NCBI GenBank assembly: GCA_030265395.1
Contig: JARFYF010000112.1
Location: forward strand, 75,960,747-76,024,746
Length of the DNA stretch: 64,000 nt
Reading direction: 5' to 3'
From: Rhina ancylostomus
Taxonomy: Eukaryota
Shown here: positions 9,040 to 21,730 of the stretch, one piece after another
How the letters are laid out: the number at the start of each line of letters is the position of its first letter
How positions within the stretch are numbered: the first letter of the stretch is position 1
Made by a program: the position numbers and the translations under genes
Notes under the pieces: generated by a model
What the model saw: only the letters and a program-made list of their open reading frames with translations
Databases searched by the model: none
Told to the model about the DNA's origin: nothing

Positions 9040-12000
9040 ATGGAAACTGGCAGCAGTGAAGAGACAGCTGGAACAAAGGCTTTGTCTCCTGGTTGTGGGG
9101 AACTTGCCAGAGGGAGCCAGACCCCGGGAGCAGCTGTGCTCGCATCATACGACTGTACTGATGCCACTGATACTGAACAGTCTTCTGGGAAGCTTAAGAA
9201 AACAGCATTTAAACTGTTTGGAGGAAAGAAAANNNNNNNNNNNNNNNNNNNNNNNNNNNNNNNNNNNNNNNNNGGACAAGTAAAGGGATTCTCCAAAAAG
9301 GGAATCACTAAAAGCAAAACTCTCAATGGCATAAGTGAAGTGGCTTTGAACATTAACCAAAAAGAAGGACTTGATACTGTATGGGGTGGATACAGTGATT
9401 CATCTAGTTGGAGCTCTGCGGCATCAAGAACCTTGCGTGGCTCTAAAAGTGAGCACTCGGCACTTGATAACAGTGTCAGTTCTGATTTCCATAAAAGTGA
9501 ATCTCTAGAGTCGGAGAACNNNNNNNNNNTGTTTTGTTCACAAACGAAGCACAGACAAGCCCTCAAGTGAGAGGAGGTCGAAGAAGGGCCTGAGGGGTCT
9601 CTTCAATAGCATCAGACGTCACAAAAAGAACAAAGCTGTTGATTCTGCGAAAGATCCACAGTGCAGTAACCATGCTGCTGCTGCTGATGTTTTTGCACAT
9701 ACAGAACAACCGACAGCAGGAGAACAAGGAGTGGGGGTTGAATTTAAGAAGGGCTTGGTGGAGCTGGAGCTAAACCTAAAGCCTTCATGTAAAATGAACT
9801 ATACAGGAGCCAGTGACTTGGCAGATAAAACTGGAACTGCAAATAGTACAAGCTCTTCCTCTGAATCAAGTGCTTTCAAAATCGAGAATACTACGAGAAA
9901 TCAGAGGAGTGAGTTTGAGACATCAGGTACAGAGGTAAGGAAAGTCAGTGTAGGTGAAATTAAGGCATTAAATAGGAAGCCTGGTGGTGCTATTTCTAAT
10001 CTGAACTCCAGTTTTGGTAGCATGCCTGATATTGTAAAGCCTAATTGTGTGGATCATGACCCACCATCTGTGCATTCTTTTGATCAGGTCAGCTTGATTT
10101 TTGGTGATGTGACTTCACTGAAGAGCTTTGATTCTCTAACAGGCTGTGGGGACATTATCGCTGACCATGATGATGATAGTATTGCTGAAAGTACAGTATC
10201 AGGTGAGAGGAATAGATCAGCTGGGAAACGGAGTTCGTGTTTGGTCACTTATCAGGGTGGTGGGGAAGAAATGGCAACTCCGGATGAAGTTGAAGATGAA
10301 TATCTTAAAGCTCTATGGGAGAAAGCAACAGGGACAGCTACAGTGTTTGATAGCAGCCAGAATATAGCAGAAGATGGTGGTGAGTGTTTGAGGTCACCCA
10401 GTGATGCGGAGCATTCTGCCTTGCATATTAACTTGTTGGATCCTTGTGCTTTGCGAGGAATCACTGATAGTGCAATCAACAGTAGTGAACTGGTGACGCC
10501 ACAGAGTGACCATCAGGAATCGGCTCCGAATAGTGACGAAGGTTATTACGACTCTACCACCCCAGGACATGAGGAGGAAGGGGGAGACAGCATTAGTGAA
10601 AGCAAAAATGGAAGACTTCCAAGGGATAGCTATAGTGGAGATGCCTTGTATGAACTCTTTGAGCAGAATGATAGTCTTATAAATTCTCCACCAAGTGATG
10701 AGCAATCTTTAGAAACAAAGCCACCTTCATTGGGTGCCTCACTTACCTCCATTTTAAGCTTTTCGTTGCCAGTGGATACAAATGTTCCTTGTATTCCAAG
10801 TAAACAAAGCATTATGATTGCTTCAGAGCAAGAAAAATTTAATNNNNNNNNNNAAATTTAATTTTATTCAGGAAGATGAGATCAGATTAGCCCACCTACA
10901 GCAACAACTAACTTGTTGGGATTCAAATGGGAAAATGACATTCATAAAAGACTTATCTGTTAGAGAAAAGGAAAAGTTCTCTGGTGATCTACTTGAGACT
11001 GAATTTAGTAAAATTGGCACAGATGTTCTCGGTGTTATTGCCAGAAATCAGCAAGCTGCTGTGACCACAAAACCACTTGTTTCAAGTAGTATGAACAAAA
11101 ATGGAAAGGTGAAAGCTGAGTACATGTCAGAGGCAGCTGATGGGCAGAACTGGTCAAAACTCCAAAGATTGTGTCCAAAAGAAACTGATAATAAATACAT
11201 GATATGTAAGCGGAGTATGTGTGAGAACTACAACATAACAAAACTTCACAATAATATGTCAGAGGCAAGCTACACACAAGAATACAAGAATGAAGACTCT
11301 GGTAAATGGGGACAACAAATGAAAAACAGTGAGAATCATAGTATGAAGAAACTAGTTCAGAACAGTGCAGGAGCCAATGGAGTAGTTGATGACTTAAGTG
11401 GAAGCTCCTCTGACTGTAGAGAAGTGGGAGTAACTGAAGAGAAGTTTGAACAAGCTATCAACTACTCACAGGCTTTGGTTGAATTCACAGCTAACAGAAA
11501 ACTCTATCCCAATCTTTCTGAAAGCCTTGGGAATTCTGAATCAGGGTCTCAGCTCACACAGGATATACATGCTCTGCCGGCTATGGTAACTTTTGATGTC
11601 GTTGACGTTGAGAATGAGGAAGAATGTGACCAGCAGAGTGAAATGGTCATGGATGAGGAAATCTCTGCATCTTATGAGGCCTTTGATAACAGTTACTTGG
11701 AGAAAGATCCTTATCATTGTGACAACAAGATGTTTCCAAGTTGTGCCCAGAATTCTTCCCTTGGCACTTGCTGGGGGGCTGCCAGTCTTCCACGGCACAG
11801 TAGTCTTTATAAACTAAATCCTTCACTGCCTGCTCCATTATCACTTAGCAGAAGGAGCAGGTCCCTTGACACTGACAGCTTGGAATCTGAACTCACTGAT
11901 TTGTATCTGTCAAAGGTCACTGCAGCATCAAAGAGCACCCCACAGTCTCCTGATGTTCCTCCGTATGAATGGGATGGCAAGAAAGGATCTGCTTGTCATT

Positions 12001-12608
12001 GGTTTGGCAAAAGAAGTGGTCAAATGGTTTCTTTGGAAACCCCAGAGATTGCACATGATTTGCATTGCTCGGGGCAGCAGTTCGCCAAGTATAGGGAAGA
12101 TTCTGTGACTTTGGATAAAAGAAACACAGGATTTAATTCTTTCTGCCCTTCAGAGATGGACATGGGTAAACCACACACTAATCAGACTGGGGGTTTGAGT
12201 TTACACTGTAAATCTAATTCAGTTAAACAGGCAGCACAAAACCAGTCTATTTGTAAACAGAATCTGGAACCTGTAATTAAGAATAAGATGCCTCACAATT
12301 CAAGAAAATTGGTTAGACCCTCTCATCTACCATTGCAAAATGATGATTTTGTGTTGCAGACTGGTTCTTTAAGTTCTTCAAGGGAAATCACTACTGGCAA
12401 AGGGGCATGTGTTTCCTTGAAGGAAAGGGGAGAGGAGGATTTCTGTAAAATTGCATCCTTGACTAGGTATTCTGATTCTGAATCTGAACTTGCTGGTAAA
12501 GGATGTGGGGCTGGAGAGATCCCTCGGGTACTGTCTCCCTTCCACTCAAATAAGATGAAGTCTGAAGCACAGCCTGGATCCTATTGGACATTATACACCT
12601 GCCAATAA
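9040..12608 (+). CDS. AMER1: APC membrane recruitment protein 1 (WTX/FAM123B), single coding exon, ~1180 aa, interrupted by three N gaps
   Basis: Strong Kozak GCC-ATG-G at 9040. AMER1-type blocks occur in the expected order: GKLKKTAFKLFGGKK, KKGITKSKTLNG, KKGLRGLFNSIRRHKKNK (frame from 9530), LIFGDVTSLKSFDSLTGCGDIIA, KRSSCLVTYQGGGEEMA, TPQSDHQESAPNSDEGYYDSTTPG, LPRDSYSGDALYE, YSQALVEF..LPAMVTFDV, WGAASLPR..RRSRSLDT, LVRPSHL. Frame changes occur only at the 10-N gaps 9520-9529 and 10844-10853. Stop TAA 12606-12608 is followed by a second TAA. Confidence 0.95.
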
Positions 12609-15600
12609 TAATGTTTCAAGGAAAAAAGTGTCCTTGTTGTGGAACTTCCTAGAGGGAGGGTGAAATAGAAACACTACACATGGATGTGTAATCTTTCAAT
12701 GTACTGTGTGGAGGGAAGATGGCTGGAGAAAGAGTAATGCTGTCTGATTTTTTTTTGTTATAATACTAATTTGTAAATTCACGTTTTGTTTTGTATTCAC
12801 CAAAGGCTTTGGATATTTTTTTAAAGGTATTAGTGAAGCAGTAATTGTAGCATTTTTAGAATGTGAATTGCATGTTTTTTTTTGTTTAAAACATTTCATG
12901 TGGTAAAGTGGTTTATATTAAGAGCATTCCGTTACTTTGGTGTAAAATGCTGCTGTAATAATGCCCAAGCATTGGAATGGCTTTTATTGCTGAAAATTAA
13001 CCAAACATGACTGTTATGAAGTTGAAATTCAAACTTCTTTTTATATATATTTCCTTTTATTTTGTAATTAGCTGCAAGAATTTTTAAGATTTTTTAAGCA
13101 TAGTTTTGCATAAACCACCTAAACTGAATATTTTAATTTTTTTTTTGTACAGATTGAGTTCTCAATCCATCTGGGTAGATATAAATTTCAGAACCTAATA
13201 ATCTGGATATTAATGCATTTCTGTTTAGCTATGGATTCTTGAGTCAGGGCTACCAGCTTTCTTTCCACAAGAGCTTTTCCTCCTTAATACATTAAAAACA
13301 CTTGCATTTTTTTAAAATCTTGACCATCTAATTTAAATAGTACAAATGATACATGAGTCTATTAAATCTATCTCCATAATTATGAATAATTGTTTTTGAC
13401 TGTAAAGACCTGTGACAATCTGTGTACGCTAATTGCCATGGGTTAGTTTAACTGTTGCCAATTTTGCTAAATATATTCTAAGCAAAGAATTATTGCACTT
13501 GCATCTGAATCCTAGAAACTAGTGTAAAGGAGACCATTCAGACCATTGAATCCATGACGGCCAATGAAGTGCTTTCTGGCTTTATTCCCCATCCCTGCTT
13601 TTGGCCCCTAGTTCTGGCAAATTAAGTGTTAGTACAAGAATTGTTTTTTAATGTGAGTTTTTCTGCCATTACTGTACTTTGGGGCAATGAAAAGAAATTA
13701 TTCTCAACCACACTTTAATTTTTTTTTCTAATTACCTTTACATTTCTTTTTGTTCTTCCTGTTGAGGGAATTAGACTCTTCCTATGAACCATCCAGGCTT
13801 TGTGATTTTTTTTTTAATATACACACACACAGTTTGCAAATTTCTTTATTATGTTGCATTTAATTGCAAGTCTTTAACAAACATCACACAAAGCAAGGGA
13901 TTTATTTAGCTTTCTGGATTCCCAAGGCAAGTAGCCTTACAGTCAACAAAACATCTGTTGAGTATTAATTATCCTTGGTTCCTTCCAGTGATCCAATTTT
14001 GGACTCAACTTGCCACTTCCATGTTGAATCCCACTAGTTTTCATATTTTTTGTCTGAGTTCTGATGTTTATAAACACTGACTGAAAGCTCTGATTTGTCT
14101 CATTAGCTTAGTCATTGCCCTGCCTGATGTGATTCTGAATCATACAGGCAAACTATCCTAGGTTTGATCTCCAAATTGACAGGACTCAACAAAGATTATG
14201 AAGGCAAAGTTGAATGGACAAGTATTGTTGCTGCTGTTTATTATCCAGTAATTTCTGCTGGGTAAGTGTTCATCTAGCTCACTCATCCCACCCCTGCCTC
14301 ATGATTACCAGAGGTATGTCAGATGGAAAGACATGCATATCTTAATTGGTGAACATTTTTACCATAACCAAAGTAATTATTTATCAATAAAACTGTTTAA
14401 ATAGTATGAAAACACTATAAAATTTGTAGTATTGAGCTTTGTGTAATATATAGTGCTACTGTCGTGGAATATAGCTATGCAGTTCTGTGCTTCACACAAA
14501 TCTCAGCAATATTTGTTGATTAAATTGATCCAAAAGAAGTAATGAATATTAGATTTAATTTTTGTTCCTAATTTGGATTATGATTTTTTAAAAAAGTTGT
14601 ATTGTACAAGAATACAGTCCTAGTGGTTCAACAAGTCAGCAGCATGAAACTTGAAATGTCATTTGCTTGTTCTCAAGCTTTACAACCAGGCTAAAGGTTA
14701 TAAAGTTGAGGGATGTTTAAATGAGAAATTTAAAATGAATTTTCCTTGTATAACCTTAATACAACTGTTAAGTCACGGATAGAGAAGAGAAGAAATGCTA
14801 AGATTCTGGCTCCAGACTCTTAACAGAAAACTCTTGCTTGATCATCTGTGAATTTATGTACATTAGTCCAAGACAGATTTATTTTTTGCTGTAGTGTCAT
14901 GTATGATCTCAAAGTTGTTACCTGAGTTTGCGCACAAGGTAATAATGTGCCTGTAGAAATTGTAGCTGGTATCTGCCAATCTCTTCAAAAGAACAAGAAC
15001 TATGCATCTTCCCCTTGTACCCCATCATTTAATTTATCTTTGGAACCTGGCTAAGGCGTTGAGTAAAATGACATGATATTGTGATGCAAGCTGAATGCAT
15101 TTGTGTGCCTTGGTGCCATGAGCTGCTTTCTAATTTTCTCCCCTTCCTAAAGTTGCATGCAAAGATGAGTTATTGTATGGAACTTGGGATGTTGGTATTT
15201 TCTGATCAGTTATCCATATGGCCAAATCACTTTGTATAGCTAATTTGGAGATGAATTGCCTGATTGAGAGGAGGCATAGGAGCACCTGAGGTCATTGAGT
15301 AGCAATTAAAACGAAGGTAAGTGTAAATAGTTGGTCAATAGCCTCATAGACATGACCACTTTTTTAAAGTACAGCTTGAATTCCAGTAAACATTACAAAT
15401 GAAATAAGTAGCAGTTATGCATTAGCTACTTGCTAAATTGCCCATATTTACTGCCAGCATCAGTGGCACCACCTTATAATAAAGGGAACTAAATTTTTGA
15501 GAGTATTGAGGATTTGCCATTGGTGCCATGCACATAATTTCACCCTATTGCACTTGAAAAGTTTGGAGTTCCAGTCTACTGGGCTCTAACAAAGCCAGTA

Positions 15601-15644
15601 AAATACCCTTGGAATTTTTTTTAAAGTCAACGCTCGAAATCTAC

Positions 15645-15790
15645 AAGAAAATGCAGGAAACACCCAACCAGTTAGATAACATTTTGGGCCTAGGATCTTT
15701 TATGAAGGGTCTCAGACTTGAAATATTAAACTGTTCCTCCTTCCACTGATGCTGCCTGACCTGCTGAGTGTTTTCAGCATTTTTTATTTC
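15645..15790 (+). mobile_element. Penelope-related short repeat within the putative AMER1 3'UTR
   Basis: ATGAAGGGTCTCAGACTTGAAA..GATGCTGCCTGACCTGCTGAGTGTTTTCAGCA. Confidence 0.7.
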
Positions 15791-18097
15791 CATGAAGGAC
15801 ACTATCCTGCAGCTGTTGATGATCTGTTAATATTAAGGTATTGATCATTAGATGGCATCTATATTAAGGCAGGGTTGGATCTTGTGAAGCAGGTCTTCCA
15901 GCATCATCTGTTCCAATTATTGTGCCACCTCAAGTACATGAAAACTTTCAACAAGATGATTTATTCATGCTTGATATAACGGTAGAGAAGGTCAGCATAT
16001 CCCATAAATCTGCTGGCATTACCATTTTATTTTTTTAACCCTTCTCTGCATTTAAGATTTGTGATATTCTGGCAGCAAACTTTGTTACAAATAGTAAATC
16101 TTGGTAATATAGGGGCAGGCTATTTGACTTCCCATGTTTGTTCTGATTCTTTGAAAGATTAGCCTCACCTGCCTGCTTTATTTTCCCCTAAAGACTTTAA
16201 TTGTAGAAATTGTGTCATGTTATGTTGCAATATCTCTCCCAATTTTAAATGTATTATGATCCAAGATGATACAGTTTTACTTCTAAGTGAACCAGATGAG
16301 ATTCCACATAAACAGGTGACAATTCAATTTCTTTTCCTCAATCCCATCTCGTGAATTGCAGTGGTAGACTATCCATTTCGTTTTTCTTCACTGCATATGG
16401 GTTTTTGCAGTCTGACTTTTTGTACAAGGTGCACAAGTTGGGCAACAATTTACTAAAAAAAACTTGTTCTAAGTTGGTGAAACAAAACTGTACAGCATTA
16501 CTACATGCCAAGTTTAATCAGTTTTTCAATGGTTATTCCAAATATTACATAATTAATTGTTATTGACTTTTTTGTGGCAAGTTTGTCTTTAAATTATTAA
16601 ATATGATCAAATGTCCTTGTATTTCAAAAATAAAACATTAATTCCTTTGAAGCTATTAAGGGTGATTTAATTTTTATTTTGTTCAAGGAAGTACTGTAAG
16701 TATAACATGCAATCTAATGGCATCCTTAATTATTAGATCCTAATTTTTTTCGCAGAATTAGTTTTTGTATTTTCTGTACATTAGCATGAGGGATATTGGA
16801 ATAGTGTAGATAGAACTTCTGTTTCATGTACACCCCTTTATCAAGAACTCACTATGTTATTTCAGGTGTAAAATGGTGGCATGCAGAATAAGGCTCTGAG
16901 TAATTTCTCCTAGCAATGTGCCTCAACACCAATCTTGCAAGAGCATTGCCTTAATGGACATTTTCCAACTTCTCAGACAGTGGGTACTGATATTGCCGGT
17001 TGATGTTCACTTATCTGCAGGTACATGTACTTTGCACTCTGGATTGAGACAGACAAATTCTATTTTCTGTAGAATTTTTGCAGCTGGTTAACAAAAGTTA
17101 AATGTCATTGGATTAACCTTTTAGACTTGAACAATAATGAATGATACTATTAGACATTTGTTTTATTAATGAGACAGCTTTCTTTTTGACCTACATTGGT
17201 TTACATTAAATGTTTTAATCTCTGCTATGGTCAAGATGTTTGAAAGCTAGCTTGATCACTTTTTTCCATTACACTACATAATTAATGTATAGATAAATTT
17301 TTGAGGGGGTGGGTGTTGCTGGGGTTACTGAATGTACATTGAGGTAAAATGCATGAAGATGTTCCAAGCCTATAGGAGGAGACTGTTTTTATATTTAAAT
17401 GTGATGATATTAAACAGAAAATACTGGAAATATACAACTGGTATGCTAACAACTGAAGAGGTGTAACTATTTCTGCACCAGTTCTGACAAGCTTTTACCT
17501 GTCTTAGCTCTTTACAAATGCTGACTGACCTATGCATTTCCATGTTTACTGTGTTTCCCTGAAATTGCTAGCATTTACAAACTTTATTTTGATACCAGTC
17601 TTACTTGCACACTTGGATGTAATAAATACTGATGCATGCTTCCTGTTGTGCACGACATGTACATGTTCCAACAGCAACAAAGATCTTCGTGGTGTGTCTC
17701 TCTTGCATATGTAATAAATGTACTGAGGTGCCTTAAAGATGTTTTGGGTTAGTCACATCAATAACACCATTACAGCTGTTATTTCAGCCAGCACTGTATA
17801 CTGCAGGCAACCTCATAAGCTTATGGCATGTAAAAGATTTATTCAACCCAAACATCAAGGTGTCATTGTAGTTGCATCCATCAAATGGGGCAATGTGCTT
17901 ATNNNNNNNNNNTGCTGTACATAACTATGGCCTCTGTAAAGTGTGGAGAATGCATTTTTTTTGTTTGGTTTTGTTTTGTAAATTGTATTCCAAGTCTTTG
18001 ATATCCAGTTGTTGTACTCCAACTATTTATGGCCAAGTTACTTTTCCATTTATCATTGCGTCTCATGAATGAGTTACACAGTACTGTGTACAAAGGA

Positions 18098-18103
18098 AAT
18101 AAA
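18098..18103 (+). terminator. Candidate distal polyadenylation signal of AMER1
   Basis: AATAAA preceded by TGTA elements and followed by a U/GU-rich tract (TGTTTTCTTTGTTTT, ~18139-18153). Confidence 0.55.
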
Positions 18104-21100
18104 ACTCAACCATAGAGCAAAAAACCTGTCTTGGAGAATGTTTTCTTTGTTTTCCTCAAGTTCTGATTTATTAGCTTGGCAATTGGCCCTAAGGGTGTAA
18201 TTTTTTTAAAGTTTATTTTGTGTTTGTTGAAGTGGGGGATATGAATACTCTGGAGTCAGCATTTAGGGCTTTTCCTGCTGATATCAAACACCTTGAATTT
18301 GAGAGAGAAGTTGCTTTCATTTCATGCAACATTAATGCAATGTATTTTGGAAATGCATCTCAAAGCCATTGTTAGAAAGGCAATTTGAACTTTTTGGGTG
18401 GACATTATTAGTTCACCCCCTCACCCTCCCTCCCCAAATGAGACAAATCAATTGTGTTCCTACCCTTGTACTCCCACCCTTGTCTTTCTCCTCTCCTACC
18501 CCACCCCAAACTCAGTGCTGGATCTCCTTTTCATCATCTTCTGTAACCCAGCTGACTTCCTCTGGCACAACTAAAGGAGCAAAGAAGTTTGCAAGGCTGA
18601 TTTCTATTGTGTGCAATGACTTGCTTAAATCATTTAAGCAACAACAGTAAAGTGCAGTAGGGAGCCCATGTGCAAAATGTGTGATGGCTGCAGCTCAATT
18701 TCTGATTTTGTGGGCCTTTGTTATAACAATTTCTCAGCTGTTTTATCCCTGAATATGAAGGGAACAATTGTGATAGGGGTCCCACTCCTCAGCTGGATTC
18801 AGGGAAGGCATGAGAAAATGTTTTGTGTGAACATTGTCACGCATGTTCAAATAGAGTTGCACAGCATGAAAACAAACCCTTTGGCCCACCAAGCCTACAC
18901 TGTCAAATGCCTATTCACACTAATACTATTTACCAGAAAAAGTGCACCATGACACTGCCAAGCTTGGTGAAGGGAAAAACCCTCTCTAATTTGAGCTCAA
19001 AATTCAAAATATTGAATGAAAGAGTAAGAATTCTGAGTGGCATTGAACCAAACAAATTATACATTTTTGCAGATTTAATGTTGATGAGTTGGAAATATCC
19101 AAGTCAGAAACATTCAAGAGCCTTTTTTAAAAAAAAAATCAGGATGATTTAATAGACTGGTCAAATAGACAAAGTGTTAAATAGAATTTGGACTTTGGAG
19201 CCCTCCTTCTCAAGGGCTGGTAGAAACTGAACCTTTGAATATTTTTAAGGCAGGGGTAGATAGATATTTAATATGCAAAGGAGTGAAAGGTTAAATGGTA
19301 GGAATGCAGTGCTAAAGTTACAACTATGATCTTAAAGGGTTTTGAAAGTTCTATTCCTGCTCCTAATTCATATACTCATTTGAATGATAGGTAGTGAAGT
19401 GAAGGTGCCAGAAGGAAGATGCTCCAAAGTACCAATACAAATAGCTGAAATCTCTATCCTAAATTTCAGTAAGGTGAAGGAGATCTTACTATAGAGCCCA
19501 GAATAGTAAACGCAGTGGGCAAATACAAGAACGTGGATTGAATGAAGTTGCTGAGCTGGGGATGAGTTAAATACTTAGGCTCACAATGGCTACCTGGGTG
19601 AGGTCCTGCTGAGTGGCTAGAACCTGTGAACCCAGATCACAACACGTGCATATAGAGGAGCAGGGAGGCTAGAGGAAGAACAAAAATCACACAAATTGTT
19701 TTGTGTATGCAAGCGCTGTTTGCAATTCTGTTTGGGGTCATAGAGCTTTAACATCAGTTTTGGCTTTCCACAATTGTAGTCAATGACAACCAGAAGATTT
19801 GTAGTGCCTCATATGGATGCTACAAATTACTGAGCAATGTTGGCAAGAAACCAGCATGGGCTTTAGTGGTGAACTAAAGTGAGAAATCATTCATTCATGC
19901 TGTCCTGATTCTGCACTGAACAGATGTTGGAGAGAAATAGGCCAGTCTTAAGCTTGTGACAAAACGGCATGTCGTATAATGAGTGTATATAGTTATCATA
20001 ATTTAGTCAGTAAAGCAATATAATCTCACAGTCAGAGTCTTTTGGACCAGATTAAATGAGATATCAGGGAATCAGTCAGACAGATTTTAAAATTAAATTC
20101 GCAAAAATGATTTAATGGATGGTCTATTCTAGCAGATCATTTGCAAAATCATTAAAATGACAAATTTTCAGAAATATTTAGTTTATTTCTGCATCTTTAG
20201 TGCACAGGGGGCTTTAGCTATACAGATTCCTCAGTTAATGGTCCAGACATAGGGGATTCAAATCTTAGAGGCCTACAAATGTTATTACAATATTGTTAAA
20301 AGGGCTAGAACATCAGTGAAACATGATCATTGCTTTACATTAATAAGCAACATAAATTAATTCTTATGAGCAGACCATGGTTTACGCCTCTCCCCCATTT
20401 TCTGCTTTGCATTGTTGAAGATACTATGGTTAGAATGTCCTTCTGAATCCTCATCAGGGTGCCTCTTCATGTCTGAATCTAGATGGTAAGCAGTGACTGA
20501 CATTCCATACTAACATCTCCTTCCTTGGTTTCCAAATGTATACCCTTTCCAGTAGAGGTCACTCAACATTAAATTGGAGTAGAAATCCCAGCATTATTTC
20601 TCCATTGCTTTGTCACTGGCCTGAGACAAATTGTACGACTTGATCACCACCTTGACTGAGATTGGAGATTCCACAGGTTCACATCCAAAATTTTCTGGTG
20701 TGTTTATTCACCACTATGGCTCATTTGTAAAGAATAGTCTGGTACCCAGTGACAGCCAGGATTTATGGATTACTGTTCTCAGGATATGAGAAAAACAGTG
20801 GAATTAGCCAAACATAAGTGCTGCATCCTGGTTTCATTGACTGGAGCTGATAATATATGTGGTGCACTTCTAGTCACTCCATATGATGAATGACAGACCA
20901 TTTATCATATCTGACAGCATTGCCAAGCAATTAGCTGTGACTGAGACTTTTATGGGCATAAATGTTTTGATTCAATAAGGATGTACTGTATACAATGATT
21001 AGTTTGCAGAAATGGAGACTGAAGCAGATGATGGATAGGTGCAGATGATGGCTGGAGGGGAAGGGTGCAAATGGCAATTATTTTCACAATGATGGGTAGT

Positions 21101-21444
21101 CAATAGTCAATCTGTTTTACTCTGAGCTGTTGCAAGTTGAACCACTCAGACAAATCTTTCAAAATAATTACACATTTCATAATATGTCTATTTTGAGAAT
21201 ATTTATGCTATAGAGGTGATGTACCATCCATCAAAGCCTTAGTGCTGAGGTTGGGATACTTTTGTTGCCCCATGGTTTGTCAGCACATCATATTGGCAAC
21301 TGCGTCTCTCTGCCAGGGAGCCAATGAATAACAATCTGCAGTGGGAGGAGTGCCCAGCAATCTTCTACTCCCTAGCCCAAGGTGTTAATCAATTGTAGCT
21401 CCAATTGTAGGGCTTACTTAAAGTGGGAGAATTCAGTGTTCATG

Positions 21445-21730
21445 CCGTTATCATCATCTACTGCATTCAGTTCTTCAAATGTGGTCTCCTCTACATTGAG
21501 GAGACCAAATGCAGACTAGATGACCGTTTCGCAGAACAGCTGTGCTCTGTCTGTAACCATGATCTGCATCTCCCCATTGCCAGCCACTTCAGCTCTCTCT
21601 CCTACACAATCAGATGTGTCAGTCCTTGACCTCCTCCACTGCCATGAGGATTCCAAGTGCAAAGTGGAGGAACAGCTCGTTTTCCTTATTTGCAGTCTAA
21701 TGGCACGAACATTGAATCATAGTATTTTCT
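21445..21730 (+). mobile_element. Penelope-like retroelement GIY-YIG endonuclease relic
   Basis: IIYCIQFFKCGLLYIEETKCRLDDRFAEQL..LPIASHFSS then, frameshifted, SDVSVLDLLHCHEDSKCKVEEQLVF. This is a decayed xIY-x(10)-YIGET..RF.EH..HF pattern. Confidence 0.85.

Larger units (their letters stand above)
12609..18125 (+). other. Probable long AMER1 3'UTR
   Basis: AU-rich, relatively repeat-poor sequence after the stop, ending in a well-formed poly(A) cassette. Human AMER1 also has a multi-kb 3'UTR. Other AATAAA hexamers include 14386 and 16629. Confidence 0.55.

Noticed and set aside
9003-11844. Antisense and alternative-frame ORFs over AMER1
   Set aside because: Shadow ORFs of a long coding exon with no recognisable protein features.
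9040-12608. AMER1 as a pseudogene or as three separate genes
   Set aside because: Frame breaks coincide exactly with placeholder N gaps, there are no internal stops in the homologous frames, and motif order is conserved.
12855-12960. miR-23 (AATGTGAA) and miR-15/16 (TGCTGCT) seed matches in the proximal 3'UTR
   Set aside because: Expected by chance in a multi-kb AU-rich UTR; cannot be supported without conservation data.
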